64,000 bases of DNA, taken from positions 509,620 through 573,619 of the forward strand of contig CAWIGL010000003.1 in NCBI GenBank assembly GCA_963835595.1, in the 5' to 3' direction. Positions within the stretch are counted from its first letter, which is position 1, and each line of letters starts with the position of its first letter. Under the pieces are notes generated by a model. It made no database searches and was not told the DNA's origin. It saw nothing but the letters and a program-made list of their open reading frames with translations. This DNA comes from an uncultured delta proteobacterium (GTDB taxonomy: Bacteria > Desulfobacterota > Syntrophorhabdia > Syntrophorhabdales > WCHB1-27). Shown here piece by piece: positions 21,151-32,079 of this stretch. Position numbers and translations under genes: made by a program.

Positions 21151-22373
21151 ATCATCTCCAGAACGAGGCCCGCCGCCTTCTCCATCACGCCCCGCTGCGC
21201 CTCCAGGACGCCCCTTCCCGCCTCTGCGAGGTCCCTGCGCGCACCGGGGTCCTCCAAGACGAGCCTGATCCTGGAAAGCAACTCCGCAGCGTCATGGACC
21301 ATGAAGCCCGCCTTCGCGGCAAGCACGTCCCTGGCGACCTCCCTGAAGTTCTCTACGTGCGGACCGAAGACAACGGGGGCGCCGACAAAGAGCGGCTCCA
21401 GGATGTTCTGCCCGCCGTAAGGGGCAAGGCTCCCCCCTACGAACGCAACAAGGCTCGCTGCATAGATATCGACCAGGTCGCCGACCGTATCGACAAGGAC
21501 GATCCCGCCGGCCGCCTCCAGCCTGCCCTCCTTCATCGCCGAATAGCGCGTCACGGGGATGCCTTCGGGCAACTGCCTCTCGATGGCGGCGATCAGGGTC
21601 AATTCCCTCGGCGCAACGAAGACGCGCACGCCGGGAAAATCGGCCTTCAGCGCCTCGATGACGGGCATGAGCATGGGAAGCTCCTTTTCCCTGACGCTCC
21701 CGAAGGTCACGATGTCCCTCTCCGCCCGCGCCGGCGGAAGGCGGCCGGGGTCGCGGTAGTACTTAAGGTTCCCCGCTGCGACTACCTTAGACGGGTCTGC
21801 GCCGAGGGATACGAACCTCTCCGCGTGCGCCTCCGACTGGGCAATAACGAGGTCCACGGAATCGAAGAGGCCCTTGAAGAAGAAGGCGAGACGCCGGTAT
21901 CGCGGAAAGGCCCTGTCGGAGATGCGGCCGTTGACGATGATGACGGGGATGTTCCGCCGCGACGCGCCCCATATGAGGTTGGGCCATAGCTCCGTCTCGA
22001 CGAGGATAAGGGCGGCAAAGTCGGCTTCCCCGATGAAGCGCCTTATGCTGAAAGAGAGGTCGAAGGGCAGGGAGAAGACCTGCGCCGAGCCTCCGAGCGT
22101 CCGCCGCAGCATGTCCCTCGTGTAGTACGTGTTCGTGGTGACGACGAAGGGGCTTGGCGTCCTTGGCCGGAGGAAACCCATCAGGTTCTCGGCAACGACC
22201 GCCTCGCCGACGGACGCTGCGTGTATCCAGATCGCCCGCTTCAGCCCGTCGCCCGCCGGCTTCGGGAAGATGCGCTCGGAGAAATTGCGCCTGATCTTGG
22301 CCTTCGCGAGGAAAAAAGGCGCAAAGATTGGCAGGGCGGCCCAGACGAGCAGGCTGTATATCAGTCTCCGCAT
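21126..22373 (-). CDS. waaA: 3-deoxy-D-manno-octulosonic acid (Kdo) transferase
   Basis: 415-aa ORF with the N-terminal pattern IWIHAASVGE, a glycosyltransferase fold, and a position next to lipid A genes. Confidence 0.8.
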   Translation of the reverse strand: MRRLIYSLLVWAALPIFAPFFLAKAKIRRNFSERIFPKPAGDGLKRAIWIHAASVGEAVVAENLMGFLRPRTPSPFVVTTNTYYTRDMLRRTLGGSAQVFSLPFDLSFSIRRFIGEADFAALILVETELWPNLIWGASRRNIPVIIVNGRISDRAFPRYRRLAFFFKGLFDSVDLVIAQSEAHAERFVSLGADPSKVVAAGNLKYYRDPGRLPPARAERDIVTFGSVREKELPMLMPVIEALKADFPGVRVFVAPRELTLIAAIERQLPEGIPVTRYSAMKEGRLEAAGGIVLVDTVGDLVDIYAASLVAFVGGSLAPYGGQNILEPLFVGAPVVFGPHVENFREVARDVLAAKAGFMVHDAAELLSRIRLVLEDPGARRDLAEAGRGVLEAQRGVMEKAAGLVLEMIWKRSTSS

Positions 22374-23029
22374 ACGATCCTGTCCGCCGCCTCGGTGAGG
22401 GCGATCAGCTCCCGCTCGAGCCTTTGGCGCTCCCTCTCCAGGCCGTCTCCCCTCGTCTCCCGCGACACGTAGATGGGGTCACCCCACACGTAGACGATTT
22501 TCGAGAAGGGGTAAGGGAGGAGAAAGCGGTCCCAGGAGTCGAAAAGTTTTTTTTTACTTGCCCCGTAAGTCACGGGCACTATGGGCCTGCGGGTAAGCCT
22601 GGCGAGCTCTATTATGCCTTCCTTGACCTTGTGTCGCGGGCCTTTCGGCCCGTCCGGGGTTATGGCTATGTCCGTCCCTTCCGCAAGCTCGGCGATCATC
22701 TCCCTTATCGAGGAGACGGTCCCCTTCCTGTAGGAGCCCCTGACCGTGCCCATGCCGAAGTAGCCTATCACCCTCGCTATGAACTCGCCGTCCGCGTGGC
22801 GCGAGATGAGGACCTTCAGCCTCTGGCCTTTATAAGCAAAAGGCATGGCGAGCAGTCTGCCATGCCAGAAGCAGGCGATGATATTCTGACCCTCCTGCCG
22901 TAATCGGTCCACCGCCTCGTTGTTCACGTGCCTTATCCTGAGGGTGGTCCGCAGCACGATAAGGAAGAGGTAGACGACGGGAGGGAGCAGGCGGACGAGG
23001 AGCGCCTGCCTGAATTTCCTTCTAGACAT
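22361..23029 (-). CDS. DUF374 / lysophospholipid-acyltransferase-like protein
   Basis: 222 aa with an N-terminal TM segment and the FWHGRLL...ISRHADGE pattern. It sits in the typical position between msbA and waaA. Confidence 0.6.
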   Translation of the reverse strand: MSRRKFRQALLVRLLPPVVYLFLIVLRTTLRIRHVNNEAVDRLRQEGQNIIACFWHGRLLAMPFAYKGQRLKVLISRHADGEFIARVIGYFGMGTVRGSYRKGTVSSIREMIAELAEGTDIAITPDGPKGPRHKVKEGIIELARLTRRPIVPVTYGASKKKLFDSWDRFLLPYPFSKIVYVWGDPIYVSRETRGDGLERERQRLERELIALTEAADRIVCGD

Positions 23030-24785
23030 TTTTCAGTCTCTTGCCGATCCTGACGACCTTGTCGTTGGCCTCGTCCCTGAACTGCATCTCGTAGAGCCTC
23101 TTGTAGGGGCCTTCCGCCTCGATCAGCTCGCGGTGCGTCCCCTCTTGCGCGACCCGGCCGTCCGCGAGGACGACTATCCTGTCCGCGTTTATGATCGTGG
23201 ATAGCCTGTGGGCGATGACGATCGTCGTCCTTCCCTTCATCAGGTTCTCAAGGGCCTTCTGCACCTCCGTCTCGGATGCCGTGTCTAAGGCGCTTGTGGC
23301 CTCGTCGAGGATAAGGATCGGCGCGTCCTTGTAAAGCGCCCTTGCTATGGCGATCCTCTGTTTTTGCCCGCCGGAGAGCCTTATGCCCTTCTCACCCACT
23401 ATAGTGTCGAGCTTCTTCGGGAGTTTGGAGACGAACTCGGCGGCATACGCGGATCCCACCGCCGCCTCGATCTTCTCCATGTCCTTCTCTTTGCCGTGCG
23501 CAATGTTGTTTGCGACCGTGTCGTTGAAAAGGATCACGTCCTGCGTGACGAGGGCCATATTGGCCCGAAGGGAATTGAGGCTTATATCCCTGATGTCGAT
23601 GCCGTCTAGAGTGATCGACCCCTCCGTCGCATCGTAGAACCTCAGGATCAGGTTGACCAGGGTCGTCTTCCCCACGCCGCTTTCGCCCACCACCGCCAGG
23701 GTCTCGTTCCTGGCTATACGCAGGTTGATGTCGTTGAGGACCATCTTGTCCTCGTACTTGAACGACATGCCGGAAAGCTCGATCACCCCCTCTGCCGCCG
23801 CTATCTCGACGGCGTTCGGCTTGTCGCTTACCTCCGGCACGCGGTCAACGATCTCGAAGACCCTCTGCGCGGCTGCAAGCCCCTGCTGGATGTTGTGGTT
23901 CTCCTTGTTGAGCCTCTTGATCGGCTCATAGAGCAAAAGCAGCGCGGTAGTAAAGGAGAAAAAATTGCCGGGCGTCGATGCCCCGGAGATGACGGCAGCG
24001 CCGCCATACCAGATGATGAAGGCGACGGCGATGCCGCCGAGGACCTCCATAACGGGCGACGAAAGCGCCCTCACCTTGTAGCGCTTCAGCACGATGCGGA
24101 ACAGATACTCGTTCTCGTCCCGGAACTTGCCCTCTTCGTACCCCTCCATCGTAAACGCTTTCACTATCCTCTGGCCGGTGATCGTCTCATGGAGGAAGCT
24201 CGTCAGCCTGGCCATCGCCTTCTGGTTCTGCACGCTGATCTTGCGCAGCCGCCTCCCGAAGGCGATGATGGGGTACGTCGCGAAGGGAAGGACGATGAAG
24301 GCGATGATAGCGAGCTTCCAGTCGCGGTAGAAGACGACGAAGACGAGGCCGACGATCGTGAAGGCGTCCTTCAGCACGGCAGTGAAGGAGTCGGCCACTG
24401 CGCCCTGCACCAGGGTGATGTCGTTCGTGATGCGGGAGATGATGAGGCCCGTCGCCGTCTTGTCGAAGAAGGCGAGCGGCTGGAGCTGGAGGCGCCGGAA
24501 GACGAGGTTCCTTATGTCCGTTATGATCTTCTGGCCGACAAAGCCCATCAGATAGGCTTGCAGGTAATCGAAGACGCCCTTGGAAAGGTAGAGGAGCACG
24601 ACGCCGAAGGGGATGAGCACGAGCAGCGCGCCGTTCTTCTCGAAGAAGATCTTGTCCATGACGGGCTTGACGAGGTAGGCGGTAAGCCCGTTCGTGCCCG
24701 CGACGAAGGACATGAACGCCATAGCGAAGGCGAGCTTCACCCAGTACGGCTTCACGAATTGAAGGAGCCTCAAGTAGAGGGTCAT
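23022..24785 (-). CDS. msbA: Lipid A export ABC transporter permease/ATPase MsbA
   Basis: Six-TM N-terminal half, Walker A GESGVGKTT, signature LSGGQKQR, Walker B ILILDEATSALD. Confidence 0.9.
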   Translation of the reverse strand: MTLYLRLLQFVKPYWVKLAFAMAFMSFVAGTNGLTAYLVKPVMDKIFFEKNGALLVLIPFGVVLLYLSKGVFDYLQAYLMGFVGQKIITDIRNLVFRRLQLQPLAFFDKTATGLIISRITNDITLVQGAVADSFTAVLKDAFTIVGLVFVVFYRDWKLAIIAFIVLPFATYPIIAFGRRLRKISVQNQKAMARLTSFLHETITGQRIVKAFTMEGYEEGKFRDENEYLFRIVLKRYKVRALSSPVMEVLGGIAVAFIIWYGGAAVISGASTPGNFFSFTTALLLLYEPIKRLNKENHNIQQGLAAAQRVFEIVDRVPEVSDKPNAVEIAAAEGVIELSGMSFKYEDKMVLNDINLRIARNETLAVVGESGVGKTTLVNLILRFYDATEGSITLDGIDIRDISLNSLRANMALVTQDVILFNDTVANNIAHGKEKDMEKIEAAVGSAYAAEFVSKLPKKLDTIVGEKGIRLSGGQKQRIAIARALYKDAPILILDEATSALDTASETEVQKALENLMKGRTTIVIAHRLSTIINADRIVVLADGRVAQEGTHRELIEAEGPYKRLYEMQFRDEANDKVVRIGKRLKNV

Positions 24786-25915
24786 GCTTTTTGCCCTATC
24801 AGGCGGAGGACTTCTTCCGCTGCGACATCGTACGGGTCGCGGCCGGGGACCACGAGGCTTTTCCGCACGTCCTCCATCTCTTTCCGGATCGCGGGCCTAT
24901 CGTTATTTATCATAGAAAGCACCCTTTTGGCAATCTTTTCGGCATCGAGCGACTGCACGAACTCAGGGTACACCTCGTGCCCCGCTATCACGTTGGGCAG
25001 GCTTATGTGCCTCACCCGGACGACCATCCGGGCGATCAGGTAAGAAAGGGACGACACCCTGTAGACGACGACGGCCGGCACGCCGAGGACTGCCGCCTCC
25101 AGGGTCGCGCTGCCGGAGGCCACGACTGCCGCGTCCGCATGGGCAAGGCAGTCGTGTGGAAGCCCCCTCACGGGGATTATAAACGGCCTGCCCTCCAGAA
25201 AGTGCGCAAAGCACCCCTCGTCGAGGCTCTCGGCGACGGGAAGGAGGACCGTAAGGCGGCCTATCTCCGCGCGCAGGCGGTCCACAACCGCGCTGAGCGC
25301 GGGCAGGTGCCTTTTCACCTCGTTCTGCCTGCTCCCCGGCATCACGGCGACTACGGCGCCGCCGCTTTCGATGCCGAGCCGCCCGAAAAACTCGTCCTTG
25401 GTGTAGACAGGCTTCACCGTATGGGGGAATGGATGGCCCACGTACCTGACCGGGACGTCATGGCGCCTGTAAAGGGCCTCTTCGAAGGGAAGGATGCAAA
25501 GGACAAGATCGACGCGCTCTTTTATCTGCCTTATCCTTCCGCCCCTCCACGCCCACACCTGCGGCGGTATGAAATAGACGGTAGGGATGGAGAGCTTCTT
25601 CGCCAGGGCGGCTAATCTCAAGTTGAAGCCGGGGAAATCGACGAGCACGAGGAGGTCGGGCCTGCCTTCTATGAGCCGCCGCCTGATCGCGCGCCAAGCC
25701 CTCCATATATGGCGCGCCTTGCCGAAGACCTCGCTCACGCCCGTAATGGAGATGTCCCTGTAATCGTGGATGATATCGACGCCCGCCTCCGCGAGCCGCG
25801 AGCCGCCTATGCCGCTCCAGGCGATGTCTGCCGATGCCCCCACCGCGCCGACGAGCCGGGCTGCGTGCATCTCCCCCGACAGCTCGCCCGCTACGATTAC
25901 GGCCGTCCTGCTCAA
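24782..25915 (-). CDS. lpxB: Lipid-A-disaccharide synthase
   Basis: VAGELSGEMHAARLV...DFPGFNLRLA...IPPQVWAWR...GSATLEAA. The probable TTG start at 25915 overlaps the upstream TGA. The longer ORF reaching 26242 is an extension into the upstream gene. Confidence 0.8.
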   Translation of the reverse strand: MSRTAVIVAGELSGEMHAARLVGAVGASADIAWSGIGGSRLAEAGVDIIHDYRDISITGVSEVFGKARHIWRAWRAIRRRLIEGRPDLLVLVDFPGFNLRLAALAKKLSIPTVYFIPPQVWAWRGGRIRQIKERVDLVLCILPFEEALYRRHDVPVRYVGHPFPHTVKPVYTKDEFFGRLGIESGGAVVAVMPGSRQNEVKRHLPALSAVVDRLRAEIGRLTVLLPVAESLDEGCFAHFLEGRPFIIPVRGLPHDCLAHADAAVVASGSATLEAAVLGVPAVVVYRVSSLSYLIARMVVRVRHISLPNVIAGHEVYPEFVQSLDAEKIAKRVLSMINNDRPAIRKEMEDVRKSLVVPGRDPYDVAAEEVLRLIGQKA

Positions 25916-26856
25916 GGGCGTCCGCCCCCCTCCTGCGCGAGGCCGCGCTCGATCTCCGCCGTTATGTCGTTTGCCAGGGTGAGCGCCCGCAGCCCGTCCT
26001 CTCCGCTTACGATGGCTTCCGTCCCGTCCCTGACTGCCCGGATGAACGCCCGCAGCTCGTCGTAGACGGGGTCCGACCGGACTGCACGCCAGGTGCGCAC
26101 CTTCGTCCTGCCGTTGCGCCTCTCGCTCGTGAGCATCTCGCCCGCGGCAAGGTCGAGGGAAAACCAGCGGCCCTCCTCGACGACCCTGAATAGCCTCTCC
26201 CTCGTCTTCGACACCCTGCTCGCCGTGAGGGTCGCTACGCACCCCCCGGCGAACTCGATGCGCGCATTTGCGACGTCGATCCTTTCCGTAAGCACGGGCG
26301 CCCCGCTGGCGGTGAGCCCCTTGATCCCGTCCTTCACGAGGGAAAGGGCGAGGTCGATGTCATGGATCATGAGGTCGTGGACTACGTCGATGTCGGTCGA
26401 GCGGCCCGTAAAGGGGCTTATCCGGTGGGCCTCGATGAGGAGCGGCTTCGTGATCGCAGCCTTTGCCTTGCGGAAAGGGGGGCTGAAGCGCTCAAGGTGG
26501 CCCACGTGCAGCACGAGGCCCTTCCTGGCGGCGAGGTCGATCAGCTTCCTCGCCTCCGCCGGGTGGGCCGCAACGGGCTTCTCGACGAAGACGTGGACGC
26601 CGTTTTCGAGCAGCTCCCTCGCCACGGGGTAATGGGAGTCCGTCGTAGACGCGATTACAGCAGCCTGCAAGCCGTCAGCCAGGGCGCTGCGGTAATCCTC
26701 CCCGGCTGCGACGCCGTGTTCCCCGGCCGATCTTTCCGCCGCTGCAATGTCTGCGTCGACTATGCAGGTGAGCGAGACATCCCTCATGCCTGCGAGCTTG
26801 CGGGCGTGGATCCTGCCCATGTGGCCCGCCCCGATGAGGCACAGCCTCAGCGGCAT
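25912..26856 (-). CDS. Gfo/Idh/MocA-family NAD(P) oxidoreductase embedded in the lpx operon (GnnA-like position)
   Basis: LCLIGAGHMGRIHA Rossmann motif, EKP motif (VFVEKPVA), 314 aa. It is translationally coupled between lpxA and lpxB. Confidence 0.7.
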   Translation of the reverse strand: MPLRLCLIGAGHMGRIHARKLAGMRDVSLTCIVDADIAAAERSAGEHGVAAGEDYRSALADGLQAAVIASTTDSHYPVARELLENGVHVFVEKPVAAHPAEARKLIDLAARKGLVLHVGHLERFSPPFRKAKAAITKPLLIEAHRISPFTGRSTDIDVVHDLMIHDIDLALSLVKDGIKGLTASGAPVLTERIDVANARIEFAGGCVATLTASRVSKTRERLFRVVEEGRWFSLDLAAGEMLTSERRNGRTKVRTWRAVRSDPVYDELRAFIRAVRDGTEAIVSGEDGLRALTLANDITAEIERGLAQEGGGRP

Positions 26857-27611
26857 ATGCCCCTCTCCGATGCGCGGACGAACGCGACGAGCTCCCTGAT
26901 GTGCTCGCCCTGCAATTGCTTTTCGATGGCCTCGAGGGACGCCTCAAGGGAGAGGGACGAGCGGAAGAGGAGGCGGTAAGCCTTCTTCAGCGTTGCGATG
27001 TCGTCTTTCGAGAAGCCGCGCCTCTCCAGGCCGACCACGTTCAGCCCGTACAGGGTGGCCCTGTTGCCCGCCGCCATGACGAAAGGCGGGACGTCCTTGG
27101 GCACGCCGGTAAGGCCGCTGACGAAGGCGTACTTCCCCACCCTGCAGAACTGGTGGATGGCGCAGAGGCCCGAAAGGATGGCGAAGTCATCCACATACAC
27201 GTGGCCGCCAAGGGTAGCACAGTTCGCCATGATTACATTGTCTCCCACCACGCAGTCGTGGGCGATATGGCTGTAAGCCATGATGAAATTGTTGCTCCCC
27301 ACCCTCGTGGCGCCGCTCGACTTCGTGCCCCTGTTGATGGTCACGTATTCCCTGATGACGTTATTGTCCCCGACGATGCACGTCGTCTCCTCGCCCCTGT
27401 ACGTGATGTCCTGGGGTGGGCCGCCCAGGGAGACGAAGGGATGGACCGTGCAGGAGCTTCCCACGGTGGCAGCCCCGTCCACCGAAACATGGCTGATAAG
27501 TCGCGTTTTCGAGCCGATCACGGCCTTTCCGCCGACTATGCAGTAGGGGCCTATCTCAGCGTCGCCCGCTACCTGTGCGCCCTCTTCAACAACGGCCGTC
27601 GGGTGTATCAT
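26847..27611 (-). CDS. lpxA: Acyl-ACP--UDP-N-acetylglucosamine O-acyltransferase
   Basis: [14 protein letters not shown]..., left-handed beta-helix hexapeptide repeats, and a helical C-terminal domain. Confidence 0.9.
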   Translation of the reverse strand: MIHPTAVVEEGAQVAGDAEIGPYCIVGGKAVIGSKTRLISHVSVDGAATVGSSCTVHPFVSLGGPPQDITYRGEETTCIVGDNNVIREYVTINRGTKSSGATRVGSNNFIMAYSHIAHDCVVGDNVIMANCATLGGHVYVDDFAILSGLCAIHQFCRVGKYAFVSGLTGVPKDVPPFVMAAGNRATLYGLNVVGLERRGFSKDDIATLKKAYRLLFRSSLSLEASLEAIEKQLQGEHIRELVAFVRASERGICR

Positions 27612-28048
27612 AAACTCTCCTCATTCTGCTGAAGCACCGCCATAAGCTGCGCCTCAGCCACCTTCTTCCCGTCAACGAACGCCTGCGCGTCAAAGACCCA
27701 CATCCCTCGCCTGTGCTTGACGACCTCCAGCACCAGCTTCATCTGGTCGCCGGGCGTCACGGGCCTCCTGAACCTGGCCCCGTCGATGCCGACGAAGCGG
27801 ACGTCCCCCTTCAACTGGGGGTGCGACTTGAAGGCGAGGATGCCCGCAGTCTGGGCCAGAGCCTCGATGATGAGGACGCCCGGCATGATCGGCTTTCCCG
27901 GGAAATGGCCGGGGAAGAAAGGCTCGTTGAACGTCACGTTCTTCAGGCCCACGATCCTCTTTCCCGGCTCGTACTCCAGGACCCGGTCAACAAGGAGGAA
28001 AGGGAACGCATGGGGCAGCAATCTCTGAATCTCGTTGATCTCGATCAT
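27608..28048 (-). CDS. fabZ: 3-hydroxyacyl-ACP dehydratase
   Basis: [16 protein letters not shown]...[23 protein letters not shown]. The ATG at 28048 overlaps the lpxD stop. Confidence 0.9.
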   Translation of the reverse strand: MIEINEIQRLLPHAFPFLLVDRVLEYEPGKRIVGLKNVTFNEPFFPGHFPGKPIMPGVLIIEALAQTAGILAFKSHPQLKGDVRFVGIDGARFRRPVTPGDQMKLVLEVVKHRRGMWVFDAQAFVDGKKVAEAQLMAVLQQNEESL

Positions 28049-29073
28049 CGTTTTTCGCCTTTGCGTATGCTCTCTTCGATCCCGTGCATCCTCTCGAAAA
28101 GCTCGGGCAGCCTCTTCAGGCAGGCCTGGAGCCTGAGCCACTCGCGATGCGGCAGGTGGGGGTTGCCGGCGATCACCGACCCTGCCTTGACGTCCTTCGT
28201 TATGCCCGTGCCCCCCGCAGCCATGACCCCGTCGCCTATCCCGACGTGGTCCCTTACGCCAACCTTTCCGCCCAATACGACGTTTCGCCCCACCGTGGTG
28301 CTCCCCGCTATGCCGACCTGCGAGACGAGGATCGAGTGAGCGCCTACGGATACATTGTGCGCCACCTGGACGAGGTTGTCTATCTTGGTCCCCTGCCCGA
28401 TGACCGTCCTGCCGAGGGAGCCCCTGTCTATACAGGTGTTCGCCCCTATCTCGACGTCGTCGCCGATCTCAAGAAAGCCCAGTTGGGGGAGCTTCCTGTG
28501 GCGGCTGCCGTCCCAGACGTAGCCGAAGCCGTCCGAGCCGAGGACGGCCCCCGCGTGGATGATGACCCTCTTGCCTATGCGCGTCCCGCCGTAAACCGAG
28601 ACGTTGGGGTAGATCACCGTGCCCGCCCCCACCCTCACGTCAGGACCGATGAAGCAGAAAGGGTGGACCACCGCGTCTTCTTCGATGACCGCCCCGCTCT
28701 CCACGCACGCGTAAGGAAGGACCGCCGCTTTGGCGGAGACGACTGCGTCAGGGGCCACGCGGGCGTCCGGGCTGACGCCCCGCTGCACGTCGCGCTTCTT
28801 CTCGAAGAGGGCTGCGACTTCGGCGTAGGCGACGCCGGGGTTCTCGACGAGGACCGCGTTTTTGCCCGCGAGAAGGACGGGGTCCGTCCCTTTGCCTGCT
28901 ACGACGGCCGTTGCCTCCGAGCCGGCAAGGAATTTCTCGAAGCCTTTATTAAGGAGAAAGGCGACGTCGCCCTTGCGTGCCTCCTTTAACGCCGCTATGC
29001 CGGTAATATCGGCCTCGCCGTCACCGGCCAGGACGCCCCCGACCCTCGACGCTATCTCCCTGAGCTTGATCAT
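28045..29073 (-). CDS. lpxD: UDP-3-O-acylglucosamine N-acyltransferase
   Basis: [13 protein letters not shown]...[10 protein letters not shown], then extended hexapeptide repeats. Confidence 0.9.
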   Translation of the reverse strand: MIKLREIASRVGGVLAGDGEADITGIAALKEARKGDVAFLLNKGFEKFLAGSEATAVVAGKGTDPVLLAGKNAVLVENPGVAYAEVAALFEKKRDVQRGVSPDARVAPDAVVSAKAAVLPYACVESGAVIEEDAVVHPFCFIGPDVRVGAGTVIYPNVSVYGGTRIGKRVIIHAGAVLGSDGFGYVWDGSRHRKLPQLGFLEIGDDVEIGANTCIDRGSLGRTVIGQGTKIDNLVQVAHNVSVGAHSILVSQVGIAGSTTVGRNVVLGGKVGVRDHVGIGDGVMAAGGTGITKDVKAGSVIAGNPHLPHREWLRLQACLKRLPELFERMHGIEESIRKGEKR

Positions 29074-29666
29074 TTTTTGCCGGGCGCAGGGACCGGCGCA
29101 GGCGCCGGGGCGCGCGAGGCCGGCACCTGTGCGGCGGGCCTCTTCTTGGCCCACTCGTTATAGAGGACAACCACCTTGTCGGTGATGTCCGACGAAGACG
29201 CCGCGTAGAGGATGCCGCCCTGGGTCTTCTCCAGTATAAGCGTATACTTCTCGCTTTCCCCCATACCCTTTATGACCTCTTCGAGGTCCTTCAGTATCCT
29301 CTGGATGAACTCCTGGTCCTTTTGCTGGAGCTCGGACTGGTAGTCGTTCGTGATCCTCTGGTAGTCCTTCAGCTTCGCCTGGTACTGTTTCTCTTTTTCC
29401 GCCCGCGCCTCAGGCGTTATCATGGCGGACTGCTTTTCCAGGGCGTCTTTCAGCCTCTGAAGCTCGTCCTGCCTATCGCCGACCTCTTTCTTGCGCTTAT
29501 CCAGCTCTTCGCTGAGCGCCTTCCGCGCTTCCTTGCCCCTGTCGGACTCGATCATCACCTTCTGCAGGTCCACGTACCCTATCCTGACGGCGGGCGCCTG
29601 CGCCCGCGCCGTAAACGGCGTGAGGACCAACGCAAGCAAAGCGACCGAAACTACGTATGTTCTCAT
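29070..29666 (-). CDS. skp: Periplasmic chaperone Skp/OmpH
   Basis: Signal peptide MRTYVVSVALLALVLTPFTARA, a charged coiled-coil body, and a position between bamA and lpxD. Confidence 0.85.
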   Translation of the reverse strand: MRTYVVSVALLALVLTPFTARAQAPAVRIGYVDLQKVMIESDRGKEARKALSEELDKRKKEVGDRQDELQRLKDALEKQSAMITPEARAEKEKQYQAKLKDYQRITNDYQSELQQKDQEFIQRILKDLEEVIKGMGESEKYTLILEKTQGGILYAASSSDITDKVVVLYNEWAKKRPAAQVPASRAPAPAPVPAPGKK

Positions 29667-29674
29667 GACTCCTC

Positions 29675-31921
29675 CTAAAATGGTCTGCCCATCGAAAAGT
29701 CGAAGACGTTGCTCTTCTCTCCCGGCTTCCTGTCCATGTTGAAACCCATCTCCACCGTAATGGGGCCCATGGGCGAGAACCACCGTATGCCGATGCCTGC
29801 CGCCGGGCGCAGGGATTGAAAGAAATTGGTGTTGTTGAAGCCTTTGCCGTAATCGAAAAACAAGAAACCTTTCAGGCCGGCCGGCTTGTATATGTTGAAA
29901 ATCCACTCCGTGTTGAAGTACAGCTCGCTCAAAGCCCCGATGACGTCGCCCGTCGCGGGGTCCAGCGGGCCTGCCGCGCCGTACTGGAAGCCCCTGACCG
30001 TCTGAATGCCGCCGACAAAGAACCTCTCAAAAACGGGCACGGTCTTCCCGCCATAGCCCGTGATGTTCCCCGCAGTGCCCCTCAGAAAGAACGTCGTGCC
30101 CCATTTGAAGGGGATATACTGGCCGTAAGAGGCAATCGATTTAATAAACTTGTTCTGGCCCCCAAAAGAGGGCGATGCGTCTTCGATGAAGAGATTCGAG
30201 ATGGAGCCCTTGCTCGGATTGAGCACGTCGTCTATCGTATTCCTCATGAGCGAGGCGCTGAACGCGGCCGTCGAACTCGACCCGGCCTGCTGCTGGATGA
30301 AGGTGCCTGCGTCGTATTCGATGTTGTAGACTTCGATATTCTGGTACCTGTACCCGAGGGCGCCCCTTATAAATTCGGTCAGAGGGCGTGAGACCGTAAT
30401 GCCTCCGCCGGACCCCTTGTAATCGTAAGTGCTGAATATTCTCTGGGTATTGAAAACGTTGTACGTAGTCGAAAAGTCTTTGTCGAACGTATACGGCTGG
30501 TTGAAGCTCAGGTTGTAAAGGTGCGCTATCGAGCTGAGCGAGGCGGTGAGGTAGGCGCCGTTGCCCGTGCCCAGAATATTCGTCTGGCTTATGCCGCCGG
30601 TTAGCAGGGCCTTTTCATACGTGCTGTACCCGACGCCCAGGGAGAGGGTGCCTGTCGGCTTCTCCTCGACGATCACGTCCAGGTTCATCTTGTCCGGCTC
30701 GTCCGTCTTGATCGTTTTCAGCTCCTCGGACTTGAAGAACGTCGTATTCCTCAGCCTCCTCTTGGTCCATTTCATTTTCGTAGCGGAATAGAGGTCCCCT
30801 TCCCCGAACCGGATCTCGCGCCTTATAACGTTGTCCTTCGTCTTGACATTGCCGATGATGTTGATGCGGTTGAAGTAGACCTCGGAGCCTTTGGCTATGT
30901 CGAATGTAATGTCCACCGTCCTGGCCTCGTCGTTGATCTGCGTCATGGGGGCCACATCGACGAAGGCATACCCCTTGTCCTGGTACATCTCCGTTATTGT
31001 GCCGACGTCCTCGTGGAAAAGGCTGGCCCGGAACGTGTTGCCCGCCTTGCTCTTCAGCCCTTTCCTGAGCACGGCCTCTTCGAAGACGAGGTCGCCCTTT
31101 ATCTGCACCTTTCCTATCTTATGGAGCTCCCCTTCCTCAAGGGCTACGTCTACGGAGATCGATTTTCCGTCCGGCGAGACGTGCACCACCGGCTGCTCCA
31201 CCTTGACCCTGACGTAGCCGTGGTCGTGGTAGAGGGCCTCGACATTCTTCCTGTCCTCCTCCAGCGCCTCCTCGTCCAGAATGCCCGAGCCCGTGAACCA
31301 GGAAAACCACCCTTTCACCCTCGTCCTCATGGCCCCGGCGAGGGTCCTCGCTTTGAGGTGCTTGTTCCCTTTGAAGGTGACCTTGCGCACGAAAGCCCTT
31401 TGCGGCTCCTGTATGACGAACCGCACCTCCGCCTTGTAGCCCTTCTCCGTGTCGATCTCGGAGTTGACCTTGGCTGCGTAATAGCCCTTGCCGGAGTATA
31501 ATTTCTTTATCTCCTCGACGCTTTCCTTCACCTTCTCGATGTTGAGGACGGTCCCCGATTTTATCTTCAGCTTGTCCCGTATGTCCACGGTCTTGATCTT
31601 TTTGTTGCCCGCTATGTAAATGGCGCTTATCGGGGGCCTTTCGATAACGACGAAGGTTACGATCTTGCCCTTCTCCGTGTCCTTCACGTCCACCAGGACG
31701 TCGCTGAAAAAACCGGTTTTATAAATATTCTTGAGGTCTTCCCCGACCTTGTTGGCGTCATAGATATCGCCCTCCTTGGTCTTCACCGCGTTGAAGACCA
31801 CCCCTCTGTCGATCCTCTCGTTGCCTATCACATCAACCTTTGCGACCTTCTCGTTCTCTGCCGCCAGCAAAAGGCCCGAATAGATGCAGCAAAACGCGAG
31901 GAATAAAGCCAATACTCTCAT
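29675..31921 (-). CDS. bamA: Outer-membrane protein assembly factor BamA (beta-barrel assembly; unrelated to benzoyl-CoA bam genes)
   Basis: 748 aa with a signal peptide, POTRA repeats, a C-terminal barrel and a terminal ...FDFSMGRPF. Confidence 0.9.
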   Translation of the reverse strand: MRVLALFLAFCCIYSGLLLAAENEKVAKVDVIGNERIDRGVVFNAVKTKEGDIYDANKVGEDLKNIYKTGFFSDVLVDVKDTEKGKIVTFVVIERPPISAIYIAGNKKIKTVDIRDKLKIKSGTVLNIEKVKESVEEIKKLYSGKGYYAAKVNSEIDTEKGYKAEVRFVIQEPQRAFVRKVTFKGNKHLKARTLAGAMRTRVKGWFSWFTGSGILDEEALEEDRKNVEALYHDHGYVRVKVEQPVVHVSPDGKSISVDVALEEGELHKIGKVQIKGDLVFEEAVLRKGLKSKAGNTFRASLFHEDVGTITEMYQDKGYAFVDVAPMTQINDEARTVDITFDIAKGSEVYFNRINIIGNVKTKDNVIRREIRFGEGDLYSATKMKWTKRRLRNTTFFKSEELKTIKTDEPDKMNLDVIVEEKPTGTLSLGVGYSTYEKALLTGGISQTNILGTGNGAYLTASLSSIAHLYNLSFNQPYTFDKDFSTTYNVFNTQRIFSTYDYKGSGGGITVSRPLTEFIRGALGYRYQNIEVYNIEYDAGTFIQQQAGSSSTAAFSASLMRNTIDDVLNPSKGSISNLFIEDASPSFGGQNKFIKSIASYGQYIPFKWGTTFFLRGTAGNITGYGGKTVPVFERFFVGGIQTVRGFQYGAAGPLDPATGDVIGALSELYFNTEWIFNIYKPAGLKGFLFFDYGKGFNNTNFFQSLRPAAGIGIRWFSPMGPITVEMGFNMDRKPGEKSNVFDFSMGRPF

Positions 31922-32079
31922 TCAGATAGCAAAATTAACAGATAAAGGGAAAATTGTAAAGGCAAAAAGGTCGCGCAGAATTCCTCCGGCCGCACGACGA
32001 ATCGCACTTGCGCACCTCGAAGACCGCGATTAGAGTTACGAAAAGAACCCAAATCTATTGCAGCGAAAGGGAGGGCACC

